Assembly: GCA_937921305.1 (NCBI GenBank)
Contig: CAKZSU010000003.1
Location: 38,831-102,830, forward strand
Direction of reading: 5' to 3'
Source of the DNA: an uncultured Patescibacteria group bacterium
GTDB taxonomy: Bacteria > Patescibacteriota > Microgenomatia > UBA10105 > UBA927
Length of the DNA stretch: 64,000 bases
The notes beneath the pieces are model-generated. The model was not told where the DNA came from. It ran no database searches and saw only the letters and a program-made list of their open reading frames with translations. Positions 26,780 through 37,953 of this stretch are shown here, piece by piece; positions within the stretch are counted from its first letter, which is position 1, and each line of letters begins with the position of its first letter. The position numbers and the translations under genes were made by a program.

Positions 26780-28407
26780 AGCACATCGGCAAGAAGATTT
26801 TTCCCTGTCATGACCGGTGGCGTTGGAATACCCATGATATGCAAAATCGTTGGAGCAACATCGCCAAGTTTTCCGCTTGGAAGCGTTATCGCTTTTCCTT
26901 GCAACGCATTACTTATCACAATAAATGGCACGGGATAGGTGGAATGTTCGGTATCCATTTCTCCATCTGGACCAAGCATTTCTTCTACATTCCCATGGTC
27001 TGCGGTAATAACGCATGTTCCGTTATGTGAAAGCACCGCTAGAACGATTTTTCCAACGCATTCATCAATAACGTGACACGCTTTAATCGCGGCAGAAATA
27101 TTTCCCGTGTGTCCAACCATATCCGCGTTCGCGAAATTTGCAAGAATAAACGAATACACGCCAAGTTTTAGCCGATCTAATAATTTTTCGGTAATTTCAT
27201 ACGCGGACATTTCCGGTTTTAGATCATAGGTAGCAACTTTTGCCGATGGAACAATAAGGCGATCTTCTCCTGGCATCGGATCTTCTCGCATTCCATTAAA
27301 GTAATAGGTGACGAATCGCTCTTTTTCTGTTTCCGCCATGCGAAGCTGACGAAGACCGGCATCGGCGATGACTCTTCCTAATGGCGATTTGATCGATAAT
27401 GGCGGATATGCGACAACAACAGGAAGATCGCGTTCATATTCGGTCATTGTGACGAAGAAAAGTTCTTTTAAAACAATTTTTCTTTTAAACGGTTTTAATC
27501 GTGTGTCTTCTTCAATAATGTGTTTATGATAATAATTAACCGTATATGGATCAAACGCTTTTGACGTATGCGTTTCAAAGTTATCCAAGACAAATGCCTT
27601 CGTTAACTGTCTTGGTCTATCAATACGAAAATTAAAAAATATCACTGCATCATTGTGAGAAATGCGAGGATATGGATTCCCTTGTTCATCTTGAATAATC
27701 GTCGGTTCTATAAATTCATCGGTAATCCCTTTTTGATACGCTCGTTCTATTACGTCTTCAGGGCTTTTTGCTTGATTTGATATAAAAGAGGTTAATGCAT
27801 CATATGCTTTTTCTGTTCGTTCCCATCGTCTATCTCGATCCATCGCGTAATATCTTCCCATGATTGTGGCAATTGTTCCCACTTGGAATTCCGCCATTCT
27901 CTCCCGCAATTCTCGAAGAAACCGAATCGCTGAATTTGGAGGACTATCTCTTCCATCGGTAAAGATGTGAAGATATACACGGTTGTAATGATTAAATTGC
28001 TTTGCGGTTTTTAATAATGCATATAAATGTTCTCGACTTGAGTGCACCATTCCATCACTTAACAATCCCATAATATGAATATTTGTTCCATGTGTTTCTG
28101 CATACTTAAATGCGCCAATAAACGCTTCATTTTTTTCAAACGATTCATCAGCAATTGACATGTTAATTCTTGGAAGATCTTGATAAACAATTCTTCCAGC
28201 CCCGAGGTTAATATGACCTGTTTCTGTATTGCCATCTTCTCCAGCTGGTAATCCCACACCTTCCCCTGATGCGATAAGCTGCGTGTGAGGATAGCTTGCT
28301 TTATATTTTGGCATGTATTTGAGATTTGCAAGAGAAATCGCGTTACCTGGGCCAGGCGGAGCGATTCCCCATCCGTCAAGGACAAGCAATACAACGGGAT
28401 GTTTCAT
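26776..28407 (-). CDS. gpmI: 2,3-BPG-independent phosphoglycerate mutase
   Basis: LDGWG, GNTETGH, DGRD, GRYYAMDRD, DMVGHTG, TADHGN. Confidence 0.95.
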   Translation of the reverse strand: MKHPVVLLVLDGWGIAPPGPGNAISLANLKYMPKYKASYPHTQLIASGEGVGLPAGEDGNTETGHINLGAGRIVYQDLPRINMSIADESFEKNEAFIGAFKYAETHGTNIHIMGLLSDGMVHSSREHLYALLKTAKQFNHYNRVYLHIFTDGRDSPPNSAIRFLRELRERMAEFQVGTIATIMGRYYAMDRDRRWERTEKAYDALTSFISNQAKSPEDVIERAYQKGITDEFIEPTIIQDEQGNPYPRISHNDAVIFFNFRIDRPRQLTKAFVLDNFETHTSKAFDPYTVNYYHKHIIEEDTRLKPFKRKIVLKELFFVTMTEYERDLPVVVAYPPLSIKSPLGRVIADAGLRQLRMAETEKERFVTYYFNGMREDPMPGEDRLIVPSAKVATYDLKPEMSAYEITEKLLDRLKLGVYSFILANFANADMVGHTGNISAAIKACHVIDECVGKIVLAVLSHNGTCVITADHGNVEEMLGPDGEMDTEHSTYPVPFIVISNALQGKAITLPSGKLGDVAPTILHIMGIPTPPVMTGKNLLADVL

Positions 28408-28410
28408 AGA

Positions 28411-29688
28411 TTATTGCTTCCGTAGCATGTCTTGTTCAATCAAAAGGAGTCTATTATACTTTGCGACGCGTTCCCCGCGAGCAGGCGCGCCAAATTTCAC
28501 ATATTCTGATTGAATCCCTACCGCAATATCCGCGATATAACTATCATTCGTCTCGCCGCTTCTATGCGAAGTAATGCAGGTAATTCCATGTTTTTTTGCG
28601 ATGGCGACGACTTGTAAAAATTCTGTCAATGATCCAATTTGGTTTGGTTTCAGAAGAATCGCGGAGCATGCTTGTTCCTCAATTGCTTTTTGCAGTCTGT
28701 TTGGATTCGTCGCAAGAAGATCGTCTCCAATAATAAAAACTTCGTCCTTTAATAAATTCGTTATCTCTTTCCACGATTGCCAATCGTCTTCATCAAATGG
28801 ATCTTCGAGCAATAATAACCGATATTTTTCATGAATATCTTTCAAAAATTCTATGAATTCTTTCGAAGAAAATGGTCCGGATCGATCTTTTATTTCATAT
28901 CCGCGAGAGGTTTTGAAGTGCGATGCGGCGATATCAAGGCCAAGAAACACATCAACTGTCAATCGATATGGTGTTCGCCTTATCGCGTCTATAAGGATAT
29001 CCAATGCATCTGTATTTGTGTATAAATTTGGCGTGAATCCACCTTCGTCTCCCACAGAATGAGCGGCGTTTCTATCTTCTAACATCCGTTTCACCGCGTA
29101 ATAAATTTCATCGCCAATTCTTAACGCAAGAGAAAAAGGTTTATTGCTCGCTGGTAGCACATGAAATTCCTGAAAATCTAAATTGCCCGCGCCGTGCATG
29201 CCGCCATTGATTAAGTTAAATGTTGGCGTCGGCATGCGTTGAATCGGAATTGGCGACTGCATGAATGAAGAAAATACCGCGTTAATGTATCGATACAAAG
29301 GCATCCGTTGATAATTTGCCGCAGCAATAGCTGTTGCGATAGAAACACTCAAAATGGCGTTTGCTCCAAGCTTTGATTTATTCTCCGTTCCGTCAAGCTT
29401 AAGCATCAATGTATCGATTTCTTGTTGTTTCAACGCGTCTCGCCCGCGAAGTTTTGGCCCGATAATATTCATGACATTTGAGATCGCTTTCAACACGCCC
29501 ATGCCGTTATATCGTTTCTCATCGTTGTCTCGGAGTTCTACCGCTTCATATTTTCCGCGAGACGCTCCCGCGGGAACAGCTGCGGTTCCTCGATATCCGC
29601 TGTTCAGTACAACGGTTGTTTCTATGGTTGGATTTCCTCGAGAATCAAGAATTTCTCTCGCAACAATAGCGTAAATAGCGGAATTCAT
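28411..29688 (-). CDS. eno: Enolase
   Basis: REILDSRGNPT, LGANAIL, GDEGGF, KPNQIG, SHRSGET. Confidence 0.97.
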   Translation of the reverse strand: MNSAIYAIVAREILDSRGNPTIETTVVLNSGYRGTAAVPAGASRGKYEAVELRDNDEKRYNGMGVLKAISNVMNIIGPKLRGRDALKQQEIDTLMLKLDGTENKSKLGANAILSVSIATAIAAANYQRMPLYRYINAVFSSFMQSPIPIQRMPTPTFNLINGGMHGAGNLDFQEFHVLPASNKPFSLALRIGDEIYYAVKRMLEDRNAAHSVGDEGGFTPNLYTNTDALDILIDAIRRTPYRLTVDVFLGLDIAASHFKTSRGYEIKDRSGPFSSKEFIEFLKDIHEKYRLLLLEDPFDEDDWQSWKEITNLLKDEVFIIGDDLLATNPNRLQKAIEEQACSAILLKPNQIGSLTEFLQVVAIAKKHGITCITSHRSGETNDSYIADIAVGIQSEYVKFGAPARGERVAKYNRLLLIEQDMLRKQ

Positions 29689-29764
29689 ACAAGAATTTTC
29701 TTATTCACAGTGTATCATAGATCTCTTAAGAGAGAGAAGAGTAATGTCGAAAATAATATTTTAA

Positions 29765-32020
29765 TCACTTCTTCCCCAATCGTTGTTCAGCATTGAAGAT
29801 CGTTTCTCGGACATGGTAGATCGCGTCTGGATTGACGGAGACGCTTGTGATTCCCCATTCCACGAGTTTTTCAACCAAATCGGGATAATCCGATGGCGCT
29901 TGTCCACACATGGAAACCGTAATACTATGTTGAACGCATGTTTTTATCACTCGCTCAAACGCCCATAAGACCGCAGGATCGCGTTCAGAAAAATCATGTG
30001 CCACTTCGCTGTTGTCTCGATCCGTCCCAAGAATGAGCATCGTCAAATCATTTGATCCAATGGAAACGCCGTCAATCCCCACAGCGATGAAATCTTCTAA
30101 ACGAATCACATTTGTGGGAATCTCGCACATCAGCCACAATTTAAAATCATGACTCCGCTCCAGTCCTTCCTGCTCCATAATCCGTTGTACATCGCGCAAT
30201 TCTTCCGGCGTCCTCACAAATGGAATCATCATCCAAAGATTCGTATATCCAAATTCATTGCGGACCTTTTTTATCGCAGCAAGTTCCATGCGAAATACGC
30301 GCGGATCGGCAACATATCGAGCGGCTCCCCGAAATCCAAGCATAGGATTCGGCTCTTCCGGTTCAAAGGCATCTCCTCCTTTTAATCCTCGATATTCGTT
30401 TGTCTTAAAGTCTGTCGCTCGATACACGACCGGTTTTCCCTGAAACGCCTTGCAAAACACTTCTAGTTTTTCCGCGAGAGCAGAGACAAATGCATCTTCT
30501 TTTTGCTCTTCAATAAATTTCCTTGGATGAACTCCGATATCAGCGATCATAAACTCGGCTCGCAAGAGCCCAACGCCATCAACATGCATTTTGGAAACTG
30601 ATTCCGCTCTGCTTGGTTCCGCAAGATTGACATACACTTTTGTTGCTGTCTTTCGTTCTTCTCTCGGTATGGAAATTTTCGTTGTCTGCATATCAATTTT
30701 TCCTTCATAAATTTCTCCTCGGGTTCCATGTACCGTAATAACCATACCATCTTTTAATGTTGTCATCGCTCCTGTCGTTCCCACTACAGCGGGAATACCA
30801 AGCTCTCGCGAAACAATCGCCGCGTGAGAGGTCCTTCCGCCTCGCTCTGTCACAATCGCCACTGCTCTTCGCATCGCAGGAACAAAATCAGGATTTGTCT
30901 GTTCGGCAACCAATACATCCCCTTGTTCCACGCGATTGATTTCTTCCGCAGAACGAAGCACTTTCACAACTCCTGAAGCTACACCTGGACTTGCCGGATC
31001 ACCTTTTAATAAGACATGCAAAGACTTCTGAGATATTTCCTGATCGTTTGACGAAACCTGATGATCTATTGTCGTGACAGGTCGTGTTTGAACAATATAG
31101 AGTTTTCCTCCTTCCATCGCCCATTCAATATCCTGTGGAAAATAGTAATGCCGTTCCAGTCGGATGCCCAGATCCGCGAGTTGTTTTATGTGTTCATCGG
31201 ATAGCTTTTGTCGTTTTGCTTCTTCGGGATTGCACGAACGGATCAAGTTTCCTGTTCCTTGTTGCATCATCATCTTTTCTTGTTCTTTAACAATTTTTGT
31301 TAGAATCTCTCCTGTTTTTTTATCAACTTCATAATGATCGGGCGTTACCGCTCCTTGCACGATCATTTCTCCGAGCCCAATTATTGCTTCGATAATAATT
31401 TTTGTTTTGTCATTCGTTACAGGATCAACGGTAAACATAATCCCCGACGCTTCAGACTCGATCATTTTTTGCACCGGAACGGCAATTCCCACCTTAAAAT
31501 GATCAAATCGGTTGGTTGCTCGATAAAAGATAGCTCGGGCCGTAAAAAGAGAAGCCCACGCTTCTCGCACTTTGTCAACCACGTTCGCTTCGCCTTGAAC
31601 ATTTAAAAACGTTGATTGTTGTCCGGCAAACGACGCGCCAGGCAAATCTTCAGCCGTCGCTGATGAACGAACTGCAACCAACGCGTGACGAAACGGTCCG
31701 CTTAAAGTGAAATACGCGTTGATAATTTCTTTCGCAACATCTTTTGGAACGTTTGCATGAATAATCAAACTTTGAATCTTTCTCGCTATTTCTTCCAACG
31801 CGACCGTGTTGTTTACATCAAGAACAGATAACAGATCATGAATCTTGCTTCGAAGATGATCTTCTTCAAGAAATCGATAATACGCATGCGAAGTGACGAT
31901 AAATCCATTTGGTACAGGAAATCCCGCTTGAGCCATTTCTCCAAGATTTGCTCCCTTTCCGCCGACAAGATCGATATCTTCCTTATTTACATCTTTAAAC
32001 CATACCACATACTTCTCCAT
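29765..32020 (-). CDS. ppsA: Phosphoenolpyruvate synthase
   Basis: VGGKGANLGEM, AVRSSATAED, TSHAAIVSRE, NPMLGFRG, SIGSNDLT. Confidence 0.95.
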   Translation of the reverse strand: MEKYVVWFKDVNKEDIDLVGGKGANLGEMAQAGFPVPNGFIVTSHAYYRFLEEDHLRSKIHDLLSVLDVNNTVALEEIARKIQSLIIHANVPKDVAKEIINAYFTLSGPFRHALVAVRSSATAEDLPGASFAGQQSTFLNVQGEANVVDKVREAWASLFTARAIFYRATNRFDHFKVGIAVPVQKMIESEASGIMFTVDPVTNDKTKIIIEAIIGLGEMIVQGAVTPDHYEVDKKTGEILTKIVKEQEKMMMQQGTGNLIRSCNPEEAKRQKLSDEHIKQLADLGIRLERHYYFPQDIEWAMEGGKLYIVQTRPVTTIDHQVSSNDQEISQKSLHVLLKGDPASPGVASGVVKVLRSAEEINRVEQGDVLVAEQTNPDFVPAMRRAVAIVTERGGRTSHAAIVSRELGIPAVVGTTGAMTTLKDGMVITVHGTRGEIYEGKIDMQTTKISIPREERKTATKVYVNLAEPSRAESVSKMHVDGVGLLRAEFMIADIGVHPRKFIEEQKEDAFVSALAEKLEVFCKAFQGKPVVYRATDFKTNEYRGLKGGDAFEPEEPNPMLGFRGAARYVADPRVFRMELAAIKKVRNEFGYTNLWMMIPFVRTPEELRDVQRIMEQEGLERSHDFKLWLMCEIPTNVIRLEDFIAVGIDGVSIGSNDLTMLILGTDRDNSEVAHDFSERDPAVLWAFERVIKTCVQHSITVSMCGQAPSDYPDLVEKLVEWGITSVSVNPDAIYHVRETIFNAEQRLGKK

Positions 32021-32085
32021 ATGCTTTTAGTATGGATGAAAGAGGCAAGATTTTGCAAGCAGTCAAAATGTGAATACAAAACACA

Positions 32086-33648
32086 TTAGGAGCATCGCAT
32101 TTCTCGATAATAAGAAAGTAATTGGTTGGTTGAGGAATCATACCGTGATGATGAAGATTCGATGAGAATATCTTGCACAATGCTCTTCGCAATCACTTTA
32201 CCATACTCCACGCCAAATTGATCAAATGAGTTAATATCCCACAGCGCGCCTTGCGTGAACACCTTGTGTTCATATATGGCAATCAGTTGCCCCAACGTCC
32301 TTGGCGTCAATTGAGTCGCAAGAAATGTTGTTGATGGACGATTTCCCGGTATGTCTTTGTGTGGTTCATCAGATGTTTTCCCAAACGCTAACACATGCGA
32401 TTGCGCAAAACAATTCGCGACCAGTTTCTCATGATGATCTCCGATAGGATACGCGCTCTTCGCAAAAACGATAAAATCAACCGGAAAAAATTTTGTTCCT
32501 TGATGAAGCAATTGAAAAAAGGAGTGTTGCGCGTTTGTTCCTGGCTCCCCCCAGACAATCGGTCCTGTTTCATAGGAAACTATAGATCCATCTTTTGTCA
32601 CTCGTTTCCCGTTGCTTTCCATATCTAATTGCTGAACATACGCCGGAAATCGGTGAAGATATTGTTCATATGGAATGATCGCGTATGTTTGCGCATTCCA
32701 CATATTGTTATACCAAAATCCAAGAAGGCCCAAAAGCAAAGGCACATTCCTCTCCATTGGCGTTGTTTTAAAATGTTGATCAATATCATAATATCCAGCA
32801 AGAAAATCTTTAAAATGATTCCATCCAATCGCGATCATGAGCGATAATCCAATCGCTGAAGGCAATGAATATCTCCCTCCAACCCAATCCCAAAATTCAA
32901 ACATGCGATCGGGCGATATTCCAAACCGAGCAACCTCTTCCGAATTTGTAGAAAGAGCTACAAAATGATCGGCAATCGCTTCTTCTGGCATTGACTGAAG
33001 AAACCAAGATCTTGCGCTTTTTGCGTTTGTCATCGTTTCATTCGTGGTAAATGTTTTAGAAGCAATAATAAACAATATTTCCTGTGGATGAATTTCTCGA
33101 ATCGCTTCATGCAAATGCGCGCTATCTACATTGCTCACAAATCGAACATCGATATTACGATCAGCGTATGCTTTCAGCGCTTCATATGCCATAACAGGTC
33201 CCAGATCAGACCCGCCAATACCGATATTGATTACATATTTTATTTTTTTCTCGCTTCGAATACGATCAGAAAATACGTGCATACGCTCAAGAACAGAATG
33301 AACATCCTCTGCAACATTTTTCCCATCGACTGTGATTGGTGTCTCTCCTTGATGCCGAAGAGCGATATGAAGAACAGATCGATGCTCTGTTGTATTTATC
33401 TTTTCCCCAGCAAACATCGCATCGCGAAGGGTTTCGATTCCTCTTGCTTTTGCAAGTGCAAACAAAAGATCAAGTGTCTTCTTTGTTATACGATGCTTTG
33501 AAATATCGACAATAAAATCTCCCGCTTGATAGGTAAATGTTTTTGCTCGTTCTTGATCATGAAAAAAAAGATCTCGAATATGAATGTTCTGTAGTTCTTC
33601 TACATGAGATTGAAGTTGCTTATATTCTGGCAGATCAATTAATACCAT
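32086..33648 (-). CDS. pgi: Glucose-6-phosphate isomerase
   Basis: [44 protein letters not shown]. Confidence 0.97.
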   Translation of the reverse strand: MVLIDLPEYKQLQSHVEELQNIHIRDLFFHDQERAKTFTYQAGDFIVDISKHRITKKTLDLLFALAKARGIETLRDAMFAGEKINTTEHRSVLHIALRHQGETPITVDGKNVAEDVHSVLERMHVFSDRIRSEKKIKYVINIGIGGSDLGPVMAYEALKAYADRNIDVRFVSNVDSAHLHEAIREIHPQEILFIIASKTFTTNETMTNAKSARSWFLQSMPEEAIADHFVALSTNSEEVARFGISPDRMFEFWDWVGGRYSLPSAIGLSLMIAIGWNHFKDFLAGYYDIDQHFKTTPMERNVPLLLGLLGFWYNNMWNAQTYAIIPYEQYLHRFPAYVQQLDMESNGKRVTKDGSIVSYETGPIVWGEPGTNAQHSFFQLLHQGTKFFPVDFIVFAKSAYPIGDHHEKLVANCFAQSHVLAFGKTSDEPHKDIPGNRPSTTFLATQLTPRTLGQLIAIYEHKVFTQGALWDINSFDQFGVEYGKVIAKSIVQDILIESSSSRYDSSTNQLLSYYREMRCS

Positions 33649-33655
33649 AAAATGG

Positions 33656-35020
33656 TTATCCCTTTCTTTTTCCGCCTAATTCTTCGATCGCTGAGATAAC
33701 TTCTGAAAGTTTCTCTTCAAGAATTTCTTTTGTGTCTGCTTCCATGTTGAGGCGAAGCAACGGTTCTGTTTTTGACGCTCTCACATTAAACCAATAGGTT
33801 TGATACCATACACTCACGCCGTCAATTTCGTCAACTGAATCCGCAGTTTTTCCAAATATTTCTTTCATGCTTGCGATTATCGCGTTTGCGTCTGGAACGA
33901 AAAAATTTATTTCTCCGCTGTCAGGGTAAATACTTAATTCATCAACATATTCCGATAACTTCTTTCCTTCTTGAGACAATAGCGAAAGAACCATCAATGC
34001 CGTTAGCACGCCGCTTTCAGCAAAAAAGAAATCCCGATGAAAATAATGACCAGAATGTTCTCCAGCAAAAATCGCATTTTCCTCTCTCATGTATTGTTTA
34101 ATATAACTATGTCCAACGCGAACTCGCCTCGATCTTCCGCCGTATTCAGCGATAACTTTTGGCACAACACGTCCGCAAATGACATTATATAAAATCATTT
34201 CTCCCGGGTGATGTTTCAAGATATATTTTGAGAGAATGGCGGTGGTAATCGTTCCGCTGACAAAACGGCCTTTGTCGTCAATTAAAAACATTCGATCCGC
34301 GTCTCCGTCAAACGCCATTCCGACATCGGCGTTTGATTGAAGAACGGTCTTCCTCAATTCTTCTGTATTTTCTTTGATAAGCGGATTGGGAATATGATTT
34401 GGAAATCTCCCGTCTAATTCCATATACATTCCTGTTACTTTGAATGGCAGATCGTTGAAAATAATTGGAACAAGTTTTCCCGCCATGCCATTTCCCGCAT
34501 CAACGACGACAGAGAGTGGCTTCAGGTTATCGAGATGAACAAGAGACAGAATTTTTTCTTTCCATGCTGGATATGGATCAATAGAAATCAAAGCCCCTTT
34601 CTTTTCGGCGTTTGAAAGTGGAGCATTGCTCAACGCGTCGCGGATATCAAATAATCCTGAATCGGATGTTACCGAAATCGCGCCTCGTTTTGTCAATTTT
34701 ATTCCGTTATACTCGGGTGGATTATGAGACGCGGAAATCATAAGAACCAAATCGTAATCATATGTCCCTGCAATAAAATAAGATAGTTCTGTTCCGCAAA
34801 GTCCTGCGTCATAGACATCAACGCCAAGATTGAGAAATGCTTCAGAAAATCCCTTAAATAACTCGTCTCCCGATGTTCGCATGTCGCGACAAATAGCGAT
34901 TGACGATGGACGAAACACAAGAACAATCGCGTGAGCTATAGCCGATGCGATCTGTCCATTTATTTGAGAGGGATACACTCCGCGAATGTCATAATCCTTA
35001 AAAATAGTTAAATCGTACAT
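33656..35020 (-). CDS. Phosphomannomutase/phosphoglucomutase
   Basis: YDIRG, SASHNP, FDGDADR, GEHSGH, RASKTEP. Confidence 0.93.
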   Translation of the reverse strand: MYDLTIFKDYDIRGVYPSQINGQIASAIAHAIVLVFRPSSIAICRDMRTSGDELFKGFSEAFLNLGVDVYDAGLCGTELSYFIAGTYDYDLVLMISASHNPPEYNGIKLTKRGAISVTSDSGLFDIRDALSNAPLSNAEKKGALISIDPYPAWKEKILSLVHLDNLKPLSVVVDAGNGMAGKLVPIIFNDLPFKVTGMYMELDGRFPNHIPNPLIKENTEELRKTVLQSNADVGMAFDGDADRMFLIDDKGRFVSGTITTAILSKYILKHHPGEMILYNVICGRVVPKVIAEYGGRSRRVRVGHSYIKQYMREENAIFAGEHSGHYFHRDFFFAESGVLTALMVLSLLSQEGKKLSEYVDELSIYPDSGEINFFVPDANAIIASMKEIFGKTADSVDEIDGVSVWYQTYWFNVRASKTEPLLRLNMEADTKEILEEKLSEVISAIEELGGKRKG

Positions 35021-35703
35021 AAAACCTCCATTAATTCATCTTCTGGGGTATACACTAATTGTCCAGAGTTTCTTTTATATTCTATCATTCGTATATTGGC
35101 ATATAAAGACAACAACTGTTTCAGCGTAAAGTGCTTCGCTTGATTTGTCAATCGAGCTTTTTGCCACCTTTGTAATTCTTGATAGTCTTTTCCGCACAGT
35201 ATAAATAGCAATTGTTTTACTCGTTTCTGTGTCATCGCAACAATAAATTCAGGAGATTGTTCTTTCATTACTATATGAGAAAGTTGCAAGATGTGTTTTT
35301 GATTCCCGGGTCGAATCGCGTCTAAAAATTGAAAGATAACTGTTGGAAGTTTAAACTGTTTTATCTGAGCTATCTTTTGCATGCTTTGAATGATTGATTT
35401 TGATACTTCTTTTTCTTCCCACAGGATGATTTCCGAACTATTTTTATATTCATTTAGTAACTCGAGATATTTTTGAGCATTTTTTTTCCTCTTTTCTTTT
35501 GAGGATAAAAATTGCTCTATGATCATCACTCGTTCTTGATCAAACAATGACGAAGAAGAAAGTGCTTGAATGTAGATGTCTTCTTGTATGGATTTTCCAT
35601 CAATGTAAATAATCTCTTTCCCTTCTCTTTTCGCATCTTCTTTTATGCGATTAAGTTCACTTCTTGACGCTGCAATATCATCGCCATGCAAAACAAGTAT
35701 CAT
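35008..35703 (-). CDS. holA: DNA polymerase III delta subunit (short form)
   Basis: ILVLHGDD start, SSSLF, IFQFLDAI, C-terminal collar helices. Confidence 0.7.
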   Translation of the reverse strand: MILVLHGDDIAASRSELNRIKEDAKREGKEIIYIDGKSIQEDIYIQALSSSSLFDQERVMIIEQFLSSKEKRKKNAQKYLELLNEYKNSSEIILWEEKEVSKSIIQSMQKIAQIKQFKLPTVIFQFLDAIRPGNQKHILQLSHIVMKEQSPEFIVAMTQKRVKQLLFILCGKDYQELQRWQKARLTNQAKHFTLKQLLSLYANIRMIEYKRNSGQLVYTPEDELMEVLCTI

Positions 35704-36119
35704 ATATGTTGTAGCGCTTCTTTGAAAACCTGCTCATTGGTTTCTTTATATCCCAACATTATAAGCGCTTCACTAATTGGAATCCACTCAACTTGAGAAA
35801 TTCCTTCTTCTTCTTGCGGCGTTACTTGCTCATTTCCTGTCGCGATAAAAAGAAAATACGAAACAGTTTTATGAATCTTTTGTCCATGTCGTATATACCA
35901 ATAGGTTATATCTTGTAATGGAATACCTCGCGATAAAGAAGAAATCCCCGTTTCTTCTCGAATTTCCCTTCGCGCTGCTTCTTCTTTTCCTTCTCCTTTG
36001 TCAATCAATCCTTTTGGAAATGTCCATTGTCCTTGCTTATCTTGAATGAGCAAGACATGCCATACATTTCCTATTTGTTTGAACACAATTCCACCAGCAG
36101 AATATTCGTTGTTCATCAC
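35700..36119 (-). CDS. NUDIX hydrolase (Ap4A hydrolase-like)
   Basis: SAGGIVF, WTFPKG, Nudix box G...E...AARREIREETG. Confidence 0.9.
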   Translation of the reverse strand: MMNNEYSAGGIVFKQIGNVWHVLLIQDKQGQWTFPKGLIDKGEGKEEAARREIREETGISSLSRGIPLQDITYWYIRHGQKIHKTVSYFLFIATGNEQVTPQEEEGISQVEWIPISEALIMLGYKETNEQVFKEALQHI

Positions 36120-36187
36120 TTTTATTTTATACTATAAATCCTATCGGAACGCATAGCTTGCTAAATTTTTAAGAAAGTATCGAATTA

Positions 36188-37367
36188 TCAGGAATTTTTA
36201 TTTCTTAAACGATAATATCTTTTATCTTTTAACACTTCCGGAAGGAGACTTGTCTTTGTGTACATATTATACCTTTTCCATATCCAAGTTCTTTCATGAG
36301 GGCTGTAGGAGCGCTACAAAGAGACAAAGGAATCGAAAGGTTTCCATAACGTTGAACATCCTGAATAGCCTCCATGATGGCGTCATAGGAACTTCGATCT
36401 TTTTTCTCGTTTGCAAGATATATTGTTCCAAACGACAACACAATGGTCGCTTCAGGATAGCCAATCTTATGACACGCGTCAAATACGGCGTTTGCCACAA
36501 CAAGTGCTGTTGGTTGAGCCATGCCAATATCTTCAGCAGCGAAAATAATCATCCGTCGAGCGATAAACAATGGGTCTTCTCCTCCTTCAACCATGCGAGC
36601 AAGGTAGTATAACGCGGCGTTAACATCCGACGCACGCATGCTTTTTATAAACGCTGAAATCGTGTTGTAATGCTCATCGCCTGCTTTATCGTATGAAAGG
36701 TATGGTGTTTGAAGCGCTTGTAAAATTATTTTTTGAGTAATTTCATTGCTCTTCACGAGAGAAATAGCGATTTCTAGTATCGTAAGCAATTGTCTCGCAT
36801 CGCCATTCGCAAACTCAACAAGTTTTCTTTGAGCATCTTTTGTTATCGTTTTATTGAATAACTTTAATGCTCGATCAATAAGAATATTCATATGATAATG
36901 TTCAAGTCGTTTTAATAGAAAAATTTTTACTCGAGAAAGCAACGCGTTCTGTATCTCAAATGAAGGATTTTCCGTTGTTGCACCAATAAGCGTTATCGTT
37001 CCTTGTTCAACATAGGGGAGCAACGCGTCTTGTTGTCCTTTATGAAATCTATGAATTTCATCAAGAAAAAGAATTGTTCGTTGAGATCGTTGTTTCGCCT
37101 CTCGTATGGTATCCCGAATGTCATCAAGAAGCCCACTCGTGATAGCAGATTTCCACGCAATATGCGCGTCAACTTCATGAGCAATGAGATGAGCAAGTGT
37201 TGTTTTCCCCACGCCGGGCGGTCCCCAAAAATGAGCGACGGAAGATGTCCCGTGCGGATCATTTGAAGTAAAATCCCACTTGAACCAACAAGATGTTCTT
37301 GTCCAACGAACTCATCAAGTGTCTTTGGTCGCAATCGATCAGCTAATGGTTGATACGGATGATTCAT
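36188..37367 (-). pseudogene. rarA: Replication-associated recombination protein RarA/MgsA with two frameshifts
   Basis: PLADRLRP; Walker A split at a T5 run (37227-37231); DEIHRF, GATTENP, AFIKSMR, EDIG; second shift near 36272. Confidence 0.85.
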
Positions 37368-37449
37368 AGTGCTCACTTATAATACTATGTTTTTCCTGCA
37401 AAATCATGGATATTGAATGATACAACGCTCTTAAGTAAAGTAGAAACAT

Positions 37450-37806
37450 ATGGACAATAATTTCATTCAAGCGCTTATTCAAGCATTAAAAGGAATATTC
37501 GCGACAAAAGACGACCTTAAAAAATTCGCGACAAAGAATGACCTTAAAAGATTTGCCACAAAAGAAGACCTTGTAGAATTAAAGGAGGAATTGCAACAAT
37601 ATATCGATGACCGATTATCTCACTTGCCAACAAAAGAAGAATTTTTTGAACGAGTGTATATGCTTATCGGTCAACTCCGAAAAACAGACAAGGAACAGAT
37701 TTTACAATCAGGACGATTATCAGAACATGACGATATTCTTGACAATCATGAACAACGGATCACTCGTCTTGAACGAACAAGTAAAACAGTGACATCGCCA
37801 TCCTAA
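37450..37806 (+). CDS. Coiled-coil protein with FATKxDLKx nonad repeats
   Basis: FATKDDLKK-FATKNDLKR-FATKEDL, LPTKEEF, HEQRITRLE. Confidence 0.8.
   Translation: MDNNFIQALIQALKGIFATKDDLKKFATKNDLKRFATKEDLVELKEELQQYIDDRLSHLPTKEEFFERVYMLIGQLRKTDKEQILQSGRLSEHDDILDNHEQRITRLERTSKTVTSPS
37498..37572 (+). repeat. Intragenic 27-bp tandem repeat (about 2.8 copies)
   Basis: TTCGCGACAAAAGACGACCTTAAAAAA-like unit repeated. Confidence 0.85.
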
Positions 37807-37876
37807 TACGTAATAAGCAAGCACAACACTTCTTTTCTTTTATAAAATTTGCTACAATATTTCCTATAAACATGTC

Positions 37877-37950
37877 GCCCCGTTCGTCTAGCGGCCTAGG
37901 ACTCGTGGTTTTCAGCCACGCAATCGCCGGTTCGAATCCGGCACGGGGTA
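37877..37950 (+). tRNA. tRNA-Glu(TTC)
   Basis: CGTGG-TT TTC AG-CCACG; GCCGG-TTCGAAT-CCGGC; extended -10 TGcTACAAT at 37850-37858. Confidence 0.95.
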
Positions 37951-37953
37951 CAA

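Noticed and set aside
37498-37572. Tandem repeat as a CRISPR array
   Set aside because: No spacers; in-frame coding repeat; no cas genes in the window.
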